Shown piece by piece: positions 8,195 through 17,883 of a stretch of DNA of 32,000 nt. Source of the DNA: Nitratidesulfovibrio vulgaris str. Hildenborough (GTDB lineage: Bacteria; Desulfobacterota; Desulfovibrionia; Desulfovibrionales; Desulfovibrionaceae); the NCBI RefSeq assembly GCF_000195755.1, contig NC_002937.3, forward strand, positions 540,001 through 572,000. The letters are read 5' to 3'. Made by a program: the position numbers and the translations under genes. The notes under the pieces were generated by a model. That model saw only the letters and a list, made by a program, of their open reading frames with translations. It was not told the origin of the DNA and did no database searches. Position 1 is the stretch's first letter; every line of letters starts with the position of its first letter.

Positions 8195-9643
8195 TTACTG
8201 TCGCGATTCCGGAGTGGTCACAGGGTGTTCGGGCACGTCGAGGATGAAAGAGGTCGTACCGTCGTCCTTGTCCGTGGTGAGTGCGAAACCCAGACGGCTG
8301 GCAAGCCTGTAGGCCACGGCGAGGGAGCGCGCATAGCCGCTCACGTCGTCCACCTCGGCCTGTGCGTGGGTCGTGGCGGGAGGGAAGGACACGGTCAGGC
8401 GTTGCCCGCCTTCGCCCGGATGGATGGCTATCTGTGTCAGCCCTCCCGGTGAACCGTTGTCGAAGGCCGTGGTGAGCAGGGCAAGCAGCAGTTGCGCCAC
8501 AAGGTCCTCATCGGTGACCACGGGCGGAAGGTCGGGGGCTGCCTCGAAGCCGAGTCGAAAGGCGCGGCGCATGGCGATGGGGCGCATCATGTCGACGCAG
8601 AACCCCGCCACCTCATCAAGGCGGCACGGGCGGTGCGGATGGGCCACGGGCATGAGGCGCGCATGGATGCCGTCGATGAGCCCTTCGAGTTTGGCGGCCT
8701 CTTCGAGGATGACGTCGGCCTCGGGGGCTTCGGGGCACCGGCGTTTCAGGGCGCGTGCGAACCCGGCGAGGGCGAACACCGGGTTGCGGAATTCATGGGC
8801 CACCTCGTCGGTGACGGCTGCGAGGGTGTTAAGCCGGGTCTGCTGTCCGAGAAGGCGTTCGATGAACATCCGTTCTGTCAGGTCGACGAGGACGCCCTCG
8901 ATACGTCCGGGCATCCCGCTGTCGGGTCGGGGTGACGGTTCGTAGGTGAAACGGGCCTGAAGCGGTACGGGGTAGCCGCCGCTGTGCATGAAGCGGAATT
9001 CCAGCCCGAAGGCCCCTGCGGGGCTGCGTAGCGCCTGCGTGAAGGCGGCCCTGACCTGTGGTGCGTCGTCAGGATGCAGGTTGGCCACGAACCAGCCGGG
9101 AACGGCGAGTGCCTCATGGGCTGACCAGCCAAGGAGACTGCGGACGGAGTTGTTGATGAAGGTCAGGTTCAGTCCCTCGTCGAGGGCGAAGACCAGTACC
9201 GGAAGGTGATGCACAAGTTCCTGATAGCGCATCTCGGCGGAGTGCAGCAGGGTGCGCAGCCGCTTGCGCTCGAGGCAGTTGGTGATGGTCACGCCAAGCA
9301 TGTCGAGGTCGGGCAGGGGCTTGGTGAGGTAGTCCCATGCTCCGAGTCTGAAGGCGGCGATGGCATCGCCGATGTCGGCCCTGCCGGAGACCACCACGAC
9401 AGGGAGGCCGGGGTGGCGGTCGTTGAGCATGGCCAGCAGGTCTTCGCCGCTGATGCCCGGAATGCCGAGGTCGAGCAGGATGAGGTCGGGCGGGCCGCGC
9501 TGGATGATTTCGAGTGCCCTGTGTGCGTCTCCGGCTTCAGAGACGGTGTAGCCCGCATCTTCGAGCCATGCGACGACAGACGCGCGCAAGGATTCGTCGT
9601 CTTCCACGGTAAGGATATGCGGGGGCGTCGTGCCGTTCTGCAT
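8195..9643 (-). CDS. Hybrid receiver (REC)-PAS-histidine kinase protein
   Basis: The N-terminal REC domain has TVEDDESL, LILLDLGIPG and DYLTKP. A PAS-like middle region follows, then the H-box HEFRNPV. The C-terminal ATPase-like region has an N-box-like FDN, but I could not see canonical DxGxG/GxGL boxes. Confidence 0.8.
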   Translation of the reverse strand: MQNGTTPPHILTVEDDESLRASVVAWLEDAGYTVSEAGDAHRALEIIQRGPPDLILLDLGIPGISGEDLLAMLNDRHPGLPVVVVSGRADIGDAIAAFRLGAWDYLTKPLPDLDMLGVTITNCLERKRLRTLLHSAEMRYQELVHHLPVLVFALDEGLNLTFINNSVRSLLGWSAHEALAVPGWFVANLHPDDAPQVRAAFTQALRSPAGAFGLEFRFMHSGGYPVPLQARFTYEPSPRPDSGMPGRIEGVLVDLTERMFIERLLGQQTRLNTLAAVTDEVAHEFRNPVFALAGFARALKRRCPEAPEADVILEEAAKLEGLIDGIHARLMPVAHPHRPCRLDEVAGFCVDMMRPIAMRRAFRLGFEAAPDLPPVVTDEDLVAQLLLALLTTAFDNGSPGGLTQIAIHPGEGGQRLTVSFPPATTHAQAEVDDVSGYARSLAVAYRLASRLGFALTTDKDDGTTSFILDVPEHPVTTPESRQ

Positions 9644-9942
9644 GGTTCACACTCCGGGCCGATGATGCGCGTGAGCGGCTTCGCCCACGGCGGGACGAAG
9701 GCTGGTACAGCAAACCAAGCGTAGCCGCTTCGGCGCGGGAGGGGAAGAACAATCCTCGCCGCGGGCGTGGACTTTCTGTGACGGAAGACGTTGTACACGG
9801 CAGACGGCAGCGTCGACGGGCGGGCGGTCGCACTATGGCGTCCGTGCGCCGTAACAGGCCGCAGTCCATGCAAGGGACGGACAGTCGCAATAGAGGCGGC
9901 AGGCCGCGCCCCGCGCCATTGGGTGTCAGGGGCGCATCACCG

Positions 9943-12177
9943 TCACGTGCGCCGCTTGAACATGCGCTCCAGTTCGCCGGGGTTGAAGCGCAGTACGGCA
10001 GGGCGACCGTGCGGGCAGAAGTCGTGCTCCGGCGTGGCCAGCCACTGGGCGAGCAGTCCTGCGGCCTCGTCCGGGGTGAGACGCTGGCCTGCCTTGATCG
10101 CGGCCTTGCAGGCCATCATGGCCCAGAGGTCGTCGAGATTCTCGCGGCGTCCGGCAAGCGCCTCGCGCAGGAAGGATGTGGCCCCCGCCCTGTCGAGCAC
10201 CGGGGGCATGGCGCGGACACTCAGGGTCTGCCCGGAGGTGGAGCACTCGAAGCCGAGGGCCCGCAGGTCGTCGTCGAGCAGGCGCAGCCGTTCAAGTTCA
10301 GCCGGGTGCAAGGGCAATTCGATGGGCAGGGCCAGCAACTGGCCTCCGCCAGCCATGCCGCCGCGTCGCAGGCGCGCATGCAGCACCCGCTCATGTGCGG
10401 CGTGCTGGTCGACGAGGACGAGCTGGTCGTTGCCGTGGCGCAAGACGAGATAGGTATCGGCTATCTGGCCGAGATAGAGATGGTCGCCCACGCGGACGCC
10501 ACCCTCGAGGCCTTCGTCGTATGTCTGCGGGGGTGCCGTGTCTGCCGGAGACGTCTGACGGGCTTCGGCAGTGCCGGACGGTGCAATCATGCCCGGAGGG
10601 CAGTCGGTGAAAGGTGCATTGCGGTACGCTGTCCCGTTGTCGTCAGTCCGGTCGTTGGCAGCCCCGGCGTTGCCGGTCAGGGTGCGGTCTGTGGCGTCGC
10701 CCCATGATGCATGGCCGTTCCGGGGTGCCATACTGTCAGGCGTCCCGGCTTTGAAGCCGGACACGCCCGTGTCGTATGCGGCGTGTTCAGCCATATGCAG
10801 TGCCCGCACGGGGCGCGTGCCGTCGCCGGAAGATGCTGCCATGGGGGGAACATCCATCCGGGGATGGACATCCGCACGGGGCACATCGTCCGGCGTGCGG
10901 GGTGAAGGTGCATCGGTGCCGGGCACAGTGTGCGATGGCGAAGCCGCCTCGCCCCCCATGGTCTCGACCAGTACGGTCTCGACGTGCCCGGTCTCGTCGG
11001 GGCGGCGCTTGCCGGAGGGCTGCAACACGGAGGCCCGGTCGGCCTCGCCCCAGAATCCGAGGGGGCGGGCATGGGGTGCGGCGGGCGGCACAGGGCGCAA
11101 CGGCGCGGCAAAGGGGTCTGTGCCCGGTTCCGTCTCATCGGGAATGCCCTGGGCCGAGGCCTCGACCGCATCGCCCACGGCGCGCAGCACGGCCACGAAC
11201 ACCTCGCGTTCGTCGCGGAAGCGCACTTCGTTCTTGGCGGGGTGGACGTTCACGTCCACCTCTTCGGGGTCGATGTCGAGAAAGAGCACCACCTGCGGGT
11301 ATTCGCGGGCCAGCAGGCGTCCCTTGTAGGCCTCGCGCACGGCCTTGAGCAGCAGCCTGTCGTTGACGGCGCGACCGTTGACGTACAGCAGCAGCCTGTC
11401 GGGACGCGGCTGCGCTCCGCGCGGGTCGGCGGCAAGACCGTGCACGCGCACCGTGCCGGTACTGCGGTCGAAGGCGTACAGCGTCTCGACCACGGCAGGC
11501 GGCCACAGGGTTCCGAGGCGCTGGCGCAGGGTCTGACCCGCAGGAAAGCGCAGCAACTCGCGCCTGCCTGCGGAGAGCGTGAAGGCGATGTCGGGGCGGG
11601 CGAGGGCGATGCGGGCGAAAAGTTCCTGACAGCGCTTCGTCTCGGTGGCCTGCGTCTTCATGAACTTGAGGCGCGCCGGGATGTTGGCGAAGAGTTCTCG
11701 CACCTCGACGATGGTTCCCCGGTGCAGGGCGGCAGGGCCGGATGCCAGAACCCTTCCGTGCTCGACCTCGATGCGCGTGGCGACCGTCCCGCCTTCGGCT
11801 TTGGCATGGGCCGATGTCATGGCGAAACGGGACACCGAGGCGATGCTGGGCAGGGCCTCGCCCCTGAAGCCGAAGCTCATGATGCGCGCCAGTTCGGCAA
11901 GATTGGTCACCTTGCTGGTGGCGTGGCGCGTGACGGCGAGTTCCAGTTCATCGGCGGGGATGCCGTACCCGTCGTCGCGCACCATGATGTACGACTGCCC
12001 GCCATCCTCAAGGACGACCTCGATGGCGGTGGCACCCGCGTCAAGGCTGTTCTCGACGAGTTCCTTGACCACGCTGGCTGGACGTTCGACGACCTCGCCA
12101 GCGGCAATCTGGTTGCGGAGTTCGGGCGGGAGTACCTGAATGACGCGACGCGCTTGGTGGGTGGATTCGGGCTGCAT
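9943..12177 (-). CDS. mutL: DNA mismatch repair protein MutL (endonuclease-type)
   Basis: N-terminal GHKL ATPase motifs are [26 protein letters not shown] and DDGYGI. C-terminal motifs are [18 protein letters not shown] and CPHGRP. A Pro/Ala/Asp-rich linker of about 220 aa separates the two halves. Confidence 0.93.
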   Translation of the reverse strand: MQPESTHQARRVIQVLPPELRNQIAAGEVVERPASVVKELVENSLDAGATAIEVVLEDGGQSYIMVRDDGYGIPADELELAVTRHATSKVTNLAELARIMSFGFRGEALPSIASVSRFAMTSAHAKAEGGTVATRIEVEHGRVLASGPAALHRGTIVEVRELFANIPARLKFMKTQATETKRCQELFARIALARPDIAFTLSAGRRELLRFPAGQTLRQRLGTLWPPAVVETLYAFDRSTGTVRVHGLAADPRGAQPRPDRLLLYVNGRAVNDRLLLKAVREAYKGRLLAREYPQVVLFLDIDPEEVDVNVHPAKNEVRFRDEREVFVAVLRAVGDAVEASAQGIPDETEPGTDPFAAPLRPVPPAAPHARPLGFWGEADRASVLQPSGKRRPDETGHVETVLVETMGGEAASPSHTVPGTDAPSPRTPDDVPRADVHPRMDVPPMAASSGDGTRPVRALHMAEHAAYDTGVSGFKAGTPDSMAPRNGHASWGDATDRTLTGNAGAANDRTDDNGTAYRNAPFTDCPPGMIAPSGTAEARQTSPADTAPPQTYDEGLEGGVRVGDHLYLGQIADTYLVLRHGNDQLVLVDQHAAHERVLHARLRRGGMAGGGQLLALPIELPLHPAELERLRLLDDDLRALGFECSTSGQTLSVRAMPPVLDRAGATSFLREALAGRRENLDDLWAMMACKAAIKAGQRLTPDEAAGLLAQWLATPEHDFCPHGRPAVLRFNPGELERMFKRRT

Positions 12178-12379
12178 GATGTTCTATCTAACGCCTCGCC
12201 GGGACGGGGGCAAGGGGCGGCCAGAGGCGTCGTCGTGGCACGACGGCAGGTACAAGGGGCTGGCGTTGCAGACTGCCCGGTGTCATGTCCGCGACATGTC
12301 CGTGTCGGACGACATGACAGCAGACGGGCGTCGGCATACACTGTGCTCCAACCCGGTATCCATTGAGCAGGGAGTTCAT

Positions 12380-13174
12380 ATGACGCCTCCGCCTCTTCTC
12401 GAATTCGACGACGTGCGTTTCAGCTACCCCGGCGGGACGGGGCTTTCGGGCATCACGCTGGCGGTGCAGCGTGGCGATTTCGTCCTCGTAGGCGGACCCT
12501 CGGGAGGCGGAAAGTCGACGTTGCTGCGTCTTGCCGTGCGCTTCGAGGTTCCTGCATCGGGAGTCATCCGGTATGACGGTACCCCCGTCGAAGAACTGGC
12601 CCCGCAGGTGCTCCGGTCGCGGATGGGACTCGTGCAGCAGACGCCCACGGTGGCGGAGGGCTCGGTACGCGAGAATCTTCTCCTACCTTTCTCATTCGCC
12701 GTGCACGCCAAGCGCCCCCGGCCCGCCGATGAGGACATCGTGGAGTGGCTGCATCGCTTCAGACTTGAGGGCGTGACCCCCGACACGGAGGCGTCCACGT
12801 TGAGCGTGGGACAGCGGCAACGCCTGTGCTGCATACGTACGCTGCTGACCGGGCCGGAGATGCTGCTCATGGACGAACCCACCAGTGCGCTGGATGCCGA
12901 AAGCCGCGAGGTGGTGGAGGACATCACTGAGGCCTGCAATGCCGCGGGGATGACCATCCTCATGGTCAATCACACCGACTACAGGCCACGATGTAGGAAT
13001 GCCCGCCGCATCGAGGTGCAGGGGGGCAGGCTGGCGGGTGAAGAGGCCATCGTGGGGTGCCGCCCATGTGCGGTGTCGCAATCGCCCGGGACATCGGCAC
13101 CTTCAGGGGCGCCCAAGCCGTCCGTGTCGTCTGCTTCCGCTGACGGCAACGGTGGGGTGGAGGTGCGACCGTGA
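12380..13174 (+). CDS. ABC transporter ATP-binding protein, FetA/YbbL-like
   Basis: Walker A GPSGGGKST, signature LSVGQRQR and Walker B LLMDEP are present. ATG 12380 has a GGAG RBS, whereas the track start at 12140 would overlap the mutL start. The stop overlaps the start of the UPF0014 permease gene (GTGA). A Ser/Pro-rich C-terminal tail of about 50 aa is present. Confidence 0.85.
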   Translation: MTPPPLLEFDDVRFSYPGGTGLSGITLAVQRGDFVLVGGPSGGGKSTLLRLAVRFEVPASGVIRYDGTPVEELAPQVLRSRMGLVQQTPTVAEGSVRENLLLPFSFAVHAKRPRPADEDIVEWLHRFRLEGVTPDTEASTLSVGQRQRLCCIRTLLTGPEMLLMDEPTSALDAESREVVEDITEACNAAGMTILMVNHTDYRPRCRNARRIEVQGGRLAGEEAIVGCRPCAVSQSPGTSAPSGAPKPSVSSASADGNGGVEVRP

Positions 13175-13956
13175 CGCAAGCCTACATCGACATCGACCTT
13201 GTACAACTGGGCATCGCATCGGGGTTCGTGCTGCTGGTGGGGGTGCTTTCGCTGGTGCAGAGGCTGGGCCTCGGGCGCGACCTCGCCGTGGGTACGGTGC
13301 GCACCTTCGTGCAACTCATCGCCATGGGGTATCTGCTCGAGATCATCTTCGGGCTTGAAGCGGCCCTTCCGGTGGTGGGCCTCTACGTGGTGCAGACATG
13401 GTTCGCGGCACGCATCGTGCGCGGGCGTGTGAAGGAGAGGTCGGTGGACTTCTTCGCCCCCACACTGATGGCGGTACAGGGCAGCTTCTTTCTGGTGACC
13501 TTCTGCGTGACGGCCTTCATCATCGGCGCGCAACCGTGGTGGAAGCCCCAGTACTTCATTCCCATCGGGGGCATGGTGGCTGGCAACTCCATGAATGCCC
13601 TGTCGCTGGCACTCGACAGGCTCTTCTCCGACCTGCGTAACCGCCGTGCCGAGGTGGAGATGCGTCTTGGCCTCGGCGCCGACCCGCGCGAGGCCACCGA
13701 GGACATCTTCCGTTCGGCCCTGCGCACTGGCATGATGCCTTCCATCAATTCCATGATGGGGGTGGGGCTCGTCTCGTTGCCGGGCATGATGACGGGGCAG
13801 ATTCTGGCCGGGGCAGCCCCCGGTGCCGCCGTGCGCTATCAGATCGTCGTCATGCTCATGCTGGTGGCATCCACCGCGCTGGCGGCGTTCATCGTACTGC
13901 ATCTCGTGCGGGGACGTTGCTTTGGGCGGGCACAGGAGTTACTCTTGAAAGTGTAG
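13171..13956 (+). CDS. UPF0014-family ABC permease, FetB/YbbM-like (putative iron export)
   Basis: The 261 aa polytopic membrane protein (GTVRTFVQLIAMGYLL..., GMVAGNSMNA..., SMMGVGLVSLPGMMTGQIL) is translationally coupled to the ATPase gene. Confidence 0.8.
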   Translation: MTQAYIDIDLVQLGIASGFVLLVGVLSLVQRLGLGRDLAVGTVRTFVQLIAMGYLLEIIFGLEAALPVVGLYVVQTWFAARIVRGRVKERSVDFFAPTLMAVQGSFFLVTFCVTAFIIGAQPWWKPQYFIPIGGMVAGNSMNALSLALDRLFSDLRNRRAEVEMRLGLGADPREATEDIFRSALRTGMMPSINSMMGVGLVSLPGMMTGQILAGAAPGAAVRYQIVVMLMLVASTALAAFIVLHLVRGRCFGRAQELLLKV

Positions 13957-13999
13957 ACCCAGAACCACGCACCCTCAACCTGATACCGGGAGGACAGCC

Positions 14000-14329
14000 A
14001 TGGTACGGATCATCCGCGATTCTCTGCGGCAGCCGGGCGACCCTCCGCATGGGCGGGAGGTTCACAAACGGGATTTCGACCCGGAACTCATGTATGCCGA
14101 ATGCGCGCGTTGCGGGCGCCCTCTCCTGTGGGAACAGGGCCGTTCCACCCTTTTCGTGGCAGGGACGGGAGTCGCCTATGGCGACCTCGACATGCAGTGC
14201 ATGATCATCAGCGACGGGTGCCCCCGCTGTCAGCCCGAGAGAACGGGCTACAGACACCGCATCGTGCGTGTGGGCAGCGTGGAGATGCATGACGCACTTC
14301 TTGATGATGGCGTCGGCGGCACGGCCTGA
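14000..14329 (+). CDS. Hypothetical small protein with two CxxC pairs (zinc-ribbon-like)
   Basis: A GGGAGGA RBS lies 5 nt before the ATG. CARCGRP and CPRCQPE pairs are present. I recognise no family. Confidence 0.6.
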   Translation: MVRIIRDSLRQPGDPPHGREVHKRDFDPELMYAECARCGRPLLWEQGRSTLFVAGTGVAYGDLDMQCMIISDGCPRCQPERTGYRHRIVRVGSVEMHDALLDDGVGGTA

Positions 14330-14361
14330 CGTCCCGAACGGTTTTTTGTGATGCTACGGTG

Positions 14362-14393
14362 AAAAAGGCCGCTCCCGCGAGGGGGCGGCCTTT
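14362..14393. terminator. GC-rich hairpin, copy 1 of a duplicated 30-nt palindromic element
   Basis: AAAAA-GGCCGCTCCC-GCGA-GGGGGCGGCC-TTT. Read on the minus strand it is followed by TTTTT, so it could terminate in either direction. Confidence 0.7.
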
Positions 14394-14543
14394 AGTCTGC
14401 TGCCGCAGGGCAGTGGCCCTCGAAAGGCATGAACAGACGCAGGGTTCACCCTCGCCGTGCGTGAAGGCGTTTCGTGCCTTGCCGTCCGGCACGGAAGTGC
14501 CGCAGACGGCGCAGGCCCGGCGTGCGGGGCTTGCCATCATGTC

Positions 14544-14573
14544 AAAGGCCGCTCCCGTGAGGGGGCGGCCTTT
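14544..14573. terminator. GC-rich hairpin, copy 2 of the same element, downstream of purE
   Basis: AAAGGCCGCTCCCGTGAGGGGGCGGCCTTT is identical to copy 1 except for one loop base. It starts exactly 180 nt after copy 1. Confidence 0.65.
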
Positions 14574-14628
14574 GTTCTCTCTGTCTTCGAGTCGCGCGTG
14601 ACCTTGGTGGGCCCGGGTTTGAGAAGGG

Positions 14629-15129
14629 CTAGCCGGGGTAGCGCGCCTCAAGGTCGGCACCGGCCTTGGCGGCATCCTCGCGGAAGCCTGCGCGTGCATC
14701 GGCGATGCGCTTGGCAAGGTCGGGGTCGGCAAGTGCCAGCATCTGGGCGGCAAGCCATGCCGCGTTGCGTGCCCCGGCCTTGTCGAGGGCGACGGTGGCG
14801 ACGGGGAATCCGGGAGGCATCTGCACCGTGGCAAGCAGGGCGTCCATGCCGCCCAGTGCCGAGGCCGTGACCGGGATGCCGATGACGGGCTTGGTGGTGC
14901 GGGCGGCGACCGCCCCCGCAAGGTGTGCCGCCATGCCAGCCGCGCAGATGAACACCTGCGTTCCAGAGCCTTCAAGTTCCTCGACGAGGCGTTCGGTGCG
15001 TTCGGGGGTGCGGTGCGCGGAACTCACCGTGAAGCGGAAGCTGATACCGAGGCTGCGCAGGACGTCGGTACAGGGTTTGATGGTCTCCTCGTCGGAGATG
15101 CTGCCAATGAAGATGGCTACCTTGGGCAT
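14629..15129 (-). CDS. purE: 5-(carboxyamino)imidazole ribonucleotide mutase
   Basis: MPKVAIFIGSISDEE...SAHRTPE...AGMAAHLAG...PVIGIPV. The start at 15129 has a GGAG RBS. The upstream 100 codons of the track ORF are Arg/Pro/Ser-rich junk overlapping purD. Confidence 0.92.
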   Translation of the reverse strand: MPKVAIFIGSISDEETIKPCTDVLRSLGISFRFTVSSAHRTPERTERLVEELEGSGTQVFICAAGMAAHLAGAVAARTTKPVIGIPVTASALGGMDALLATVQMPPGFPVATVALDKAGARNAAWLAAQMLALADPDLAKRIADARAGFREDAAKAGADLEARYPG

Positions 15130-15142
15130 GTGCGGCTCCTTG

Positions 15143-16417
15143 TTATGACCGACCGAGGCCCTTGGCCCCGATGTCGGTGCGGAAGTGGCAGTCGGGCATG
15201 CGGATATGGGCGAGGGCCTCGTAGGCGCGACGCTGCGCGGCGGCGAGGTCGTCACCGAGGGCGGTGACGCACAGGATGCGCCCGCCCGTGGAGACGGTAT
15301 GGCCGTCTTCAAGGCGCGTTCCCGCCTGGAAGACCTTGATGTCGCCAAGGGCTTCGGCCTCTTGGATGCCTTCGATGACCATGCCCTTGGGGTATGTGCC
15401 GGGGTAGCCCTTGGCGGCCACCACCACACCGAGGGCGGTCTGGGGCTTGAGGTCGAGGGTGACTTCGTTCAGGCGGCCCGTGGCGCATGCCAGCATGATG
15501 GCTGCGAGGTCGCCGTCAAGACGCATGAGCAGCGGCTGGCATTCGGGGTCGCCGAAGCGGACGTTGAATTCGAGGACCTTCGGCCCGGCGGCGGTCATCA
15601 TCAGTCCGGCGTAGAGGATGCCGGAGAACGGGCTGCCCCTGCGTTCCATCTCGCGCATCACGGGACGGATGACCATCTCGATGATCTCATCATACCGGCT
15701 GGCGGGCAGGACGGGGGCGGGGCTGTAGGCACCCATGCCGCCCGTGTTGGGGCCCTTGTCGCCATCGAAGACGGCCTTGTGGTCCTGCGCGGAGGGCAGG
15801 GGCAGCACGGTGTCGCCATCGCAGAAGCACAGGAACGAGGCTTCCTCACCGATGAGGCACTCTTCGACGACCACATGGTCGCCCGCACGGCCGTAGGCCT
15901 TGCGGCCCATGATTTCGTCAAGGGCGGCGACGGCTTCTTCGGTGGTGGAGGCCACGACAACGCCCTTGCCCGCAGCGAGGCCGTCGGCCTTCACCACGAG
16001 AGGTGCTCCCTTTTCGAGGACGTAGGCACGGGCGTCGGCGGGTTCGTCGAAGACGGCGAAGTCGGCGGTGGGAACCCCTGCGTCACGCATGACGTTCTTG
16101 GCGAAGGCCTTGCTGCCTTCAAGCTGGGCGGCGTAGGCGTTGGGGCCGAAGCAGGGGATGTTCTCGCGCACGAGGGCCTCTTTGAGGCCGAGGACGAGGG
16201 GCAATTCGGGGCCGGGCACGACGAGGTCGATCTTTTGTTCACGGGCGAAGGCCACCAGCGCGGGCAGGTCGTCGTCCGCGATGGGCACATTGGTGCCTTC
16301 GAGGGCGGTGCCGCCGTTGCCGGGGGCGATGAAAAGCTCTGTGACGAGAGGGCTCTGGCGCAATTTCCACGCGAGGGCGTGTTCACGGCCGCCAGAACCG
16401 ACGATCAGAATCCGCAC
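15143..16417 (-). CDS. purD: Phosphoribosylamine--glycine ligase
   Basis: VRILIVGSGGREHALAWKL and the ATP-grasp region match throughout. GTG 16417 is preceded by GGAGG at 7 nt; the alternative is ATG 16480. Confidence 0.92.
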   Translation of the reverse strand: MRILIVGSGGREHALAWKLRQSPLVTELFIAPGNGGTALEGTNVPIADDDLPALVAFAREQKIDLVVPGPELPLVLGLKEALVRENIPCFGPNAYAAQLEGSKAFAKNVMRDAGVPTADFAVFDEPADARAYVLEKGAPLVVKADGLAAGKGVVVASTTEEAVAALDEIMGRKAYGRAGDHVVVEECLIGEEASFLCFCDGDTVLPLPSAQDHKAVFDGDKGPNTGGMGAYSPAPVLPASRYDEIIEMVIRPVMREMERRGSPFSGILYAGLMMTAAGPKVLEFNVRFGDPECQPLLMRLDGDLAAIMLACATGRLNEVTLDLKPQTALGVVVAAKGYPGTYPKGMVIEGIQEAEALGDIKVFQAGTRLEDGHTVSTGGRILCVTALGDDLAAAQRRAYEALAHIRMPDCHFRTDIGAKGLGRS

Positions 16418-16584
16418 GACTGGGCCTCCGGAGGATTGAGGCAGGGACCCGGGACGGGGTTTTCCCCCACCGTGTTTCATGGTAGCACATCGGCTCGCGC
16501 CGAAGGCGCGTTGCGAGGGTTCTTAGAGCATTTCACGGCGGGCGACAACCCGTAAGCCCTGCACCATCATCCCACGAGGAAGCC

Positions 16585-17883
16585 ATGTCGCAGCCGTACC
16601 GCTTTCTGCCCAGTCTCGACGAAGAGAAACTTCACGCCATCCAGCTGGAAGGCCTGCGCTGGACGGTGCGCCACGCCTACGAAGGCAGCCCGCGCTACCG
16701 TGCGAAGCTGCGTGCCGCGGGCGTCGTTCCGGATGACATCGTCCACCTCGACGATGTGCGCCGTCTGCCCTTCACCACCGTTGCCGACCTGCGCGACGAC
16801 TACCCCTTGCCGCTGCTTTCCGTGCCCGAGAAGGACGTGGTGCGCATCCACGCCTCGTCCGGTACCACGGGCAAGCGCAAGATACTGGCCTACACCCAGC
16901 GCGACGTCGACACCTTCGCACTGCAGATGGCCCGCTGCTACGAGCTCGCGGGGCTGACGCAGGAAGACCGTGTGCAGATTGCCGTGGGCTACGGGCTGTG
17001 GACAGCCGGGGCAGGGTTCCAGCTTGGCTGCGAACGCTTCGGTGCCCTCACCGTCCCGGTAGGCCCCGGCAACCTCGAGATGCAGTTGCAGTTGCTCACC
17101 GACCTTGGCGTCACGTGCCTGTGTTCCACGGCGTCCATGGCGCTGCTCATGGCGGAGGAGGTCGAACGCCACGGGCTGAGGGGCGACATCAGGCTGCGCA
17201 AGGTCATCTTCGGTGCGGAGGCGCACAGCGCCAAGATGCGTCGTACCTTCGAGGAGAAGCTGGGCCTCGAAGGCAGCTTCGACATCGCGGGCATGACCGA
17301 GATGTACGGCCCCGGTACCGGTCTTGAGTGCGAGGCGCATGATGGCATCCATTACTGGGCCGACCTCTTCCTCGTGGAGATTCTCGACCCCGAGACGCTG
17401 CAACCCGTCGAACCCGGCGAGGTGGGCGAGATGGTGGTCACCTCGCTGCGCAAGGAGGCATCGCCGCTCATCCGCTACCGCACCCGCGACCTCACGCGCC
17501 TGATTCCCGGCACATGCTCCTGCGGGCGGAACATCCCCCGCCATGACCATATCCTCGGACGTTCCGACGACATGATCATCTTCCGCGGCGTGAACATCTA
17601 CCCCGGTCAGATTGCCGATGTGCTGCACCTCTTCCCTGAGGTGGGCTCGGAATACCATATCGAACTCACACGCAAGGAAGGGCGCGACCACATGCTGCTC
17701 AAGGTCGAACGGCAGCCCGGTGCCGCAACGGGCGACGAGCGCACGCTTGGTGTCGCCATCGGCAACGAACTGCATCGCAAGCTCATGGCGCGTGTCTCGG
17801 TGGCGGTGGTGGCACCCGGCGAGTTGCCCCGGTCGTTCGCCAAGTCCAAGCGCGTCACCGACCTGCGTATGGTGGAAGGCTAG
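16585..17883 (+). CDS. Phenylacetate-CoA ligase family (PaaK / coenzyme F390 synthetase-like) adenylate-forming enzyme
   Basis: 432 aa, with the LPFTTVADLRDDYP, IHASSGTTGKRK and YRTRD motifs typical of the PaaK family. GAGGAAG RBS. Confidence 0.85.
   Translation: MSQPYRFLPSLDEEKLHAIQLEGLRWTVRHAYEGSPRYRAKLRAAGVVPDDIVHLDDVRRLPFTTVADLRDDYPLPLLSVPEKDVVRIHASSGTTGKRKILAYTQRDVDTFALQMARCYELAGLTQEDRVQIAVGYGLWTAGAGFQLGCERFGALTVPVGPGNLEMQLQLLTDLGVTCLCSTASMALLMAEEVERHGLRGDIRLRKVIFGAEAHSAKMRRTFEEKLGLEGSFDIAGMTEMYGPGTGLECEAHDGIHYWADLFLVEILDPETLQPVEPGEVGEMVVTSLRKEASPLIRYRTRDLTRLIPGTCSCGRNIPRHDHILGRSDDMIIFRGVNIYPGQIADVLHLFPEVGSEYHIELTRKEGRDHMLLKVERQPGAATGDERTLGVAIGNELHRKLMARVSVAVVAPGELPRSFAKSKRVTDLRMVEG

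Noticed and set aside
10930-12366. 478-aa plus-strand ORF, with other long ORFs across 9778-11348
   Set aside because: They are antisense to, or out of frame with, mutL. The mutL low-complexity linker region produces stop-poor frames on both strands.
12140-12379. 80-codon N-terminal extension of the ABC ATPase ORF
   Set aside because: It would overlap the divergent mutL start. The conserved ABC N-terminus begins at ATG 12380, which has an RBS.
14359-14601. 80-aa ORF between the two duplicated hairpins
   Set aside because: It starts at GTG without an RBS, is Arg/Ala-rich, and reads straight through both terminator-like palindromes. The region is more likely non-coding.
15130-15429. 100-codon N-terminal extension of purE; similar extensions of the DUF1844 ORF to 23080 and the 4Fe-4S ORF to 30290
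   Set aside because: The extensions overlap upstream genes or are low-complexity. Internal ATGs with good RBSs match the family N-termini.
15185-16555. 456-aa plus-strand ORF
   Set aside because: It is antisense to purD.
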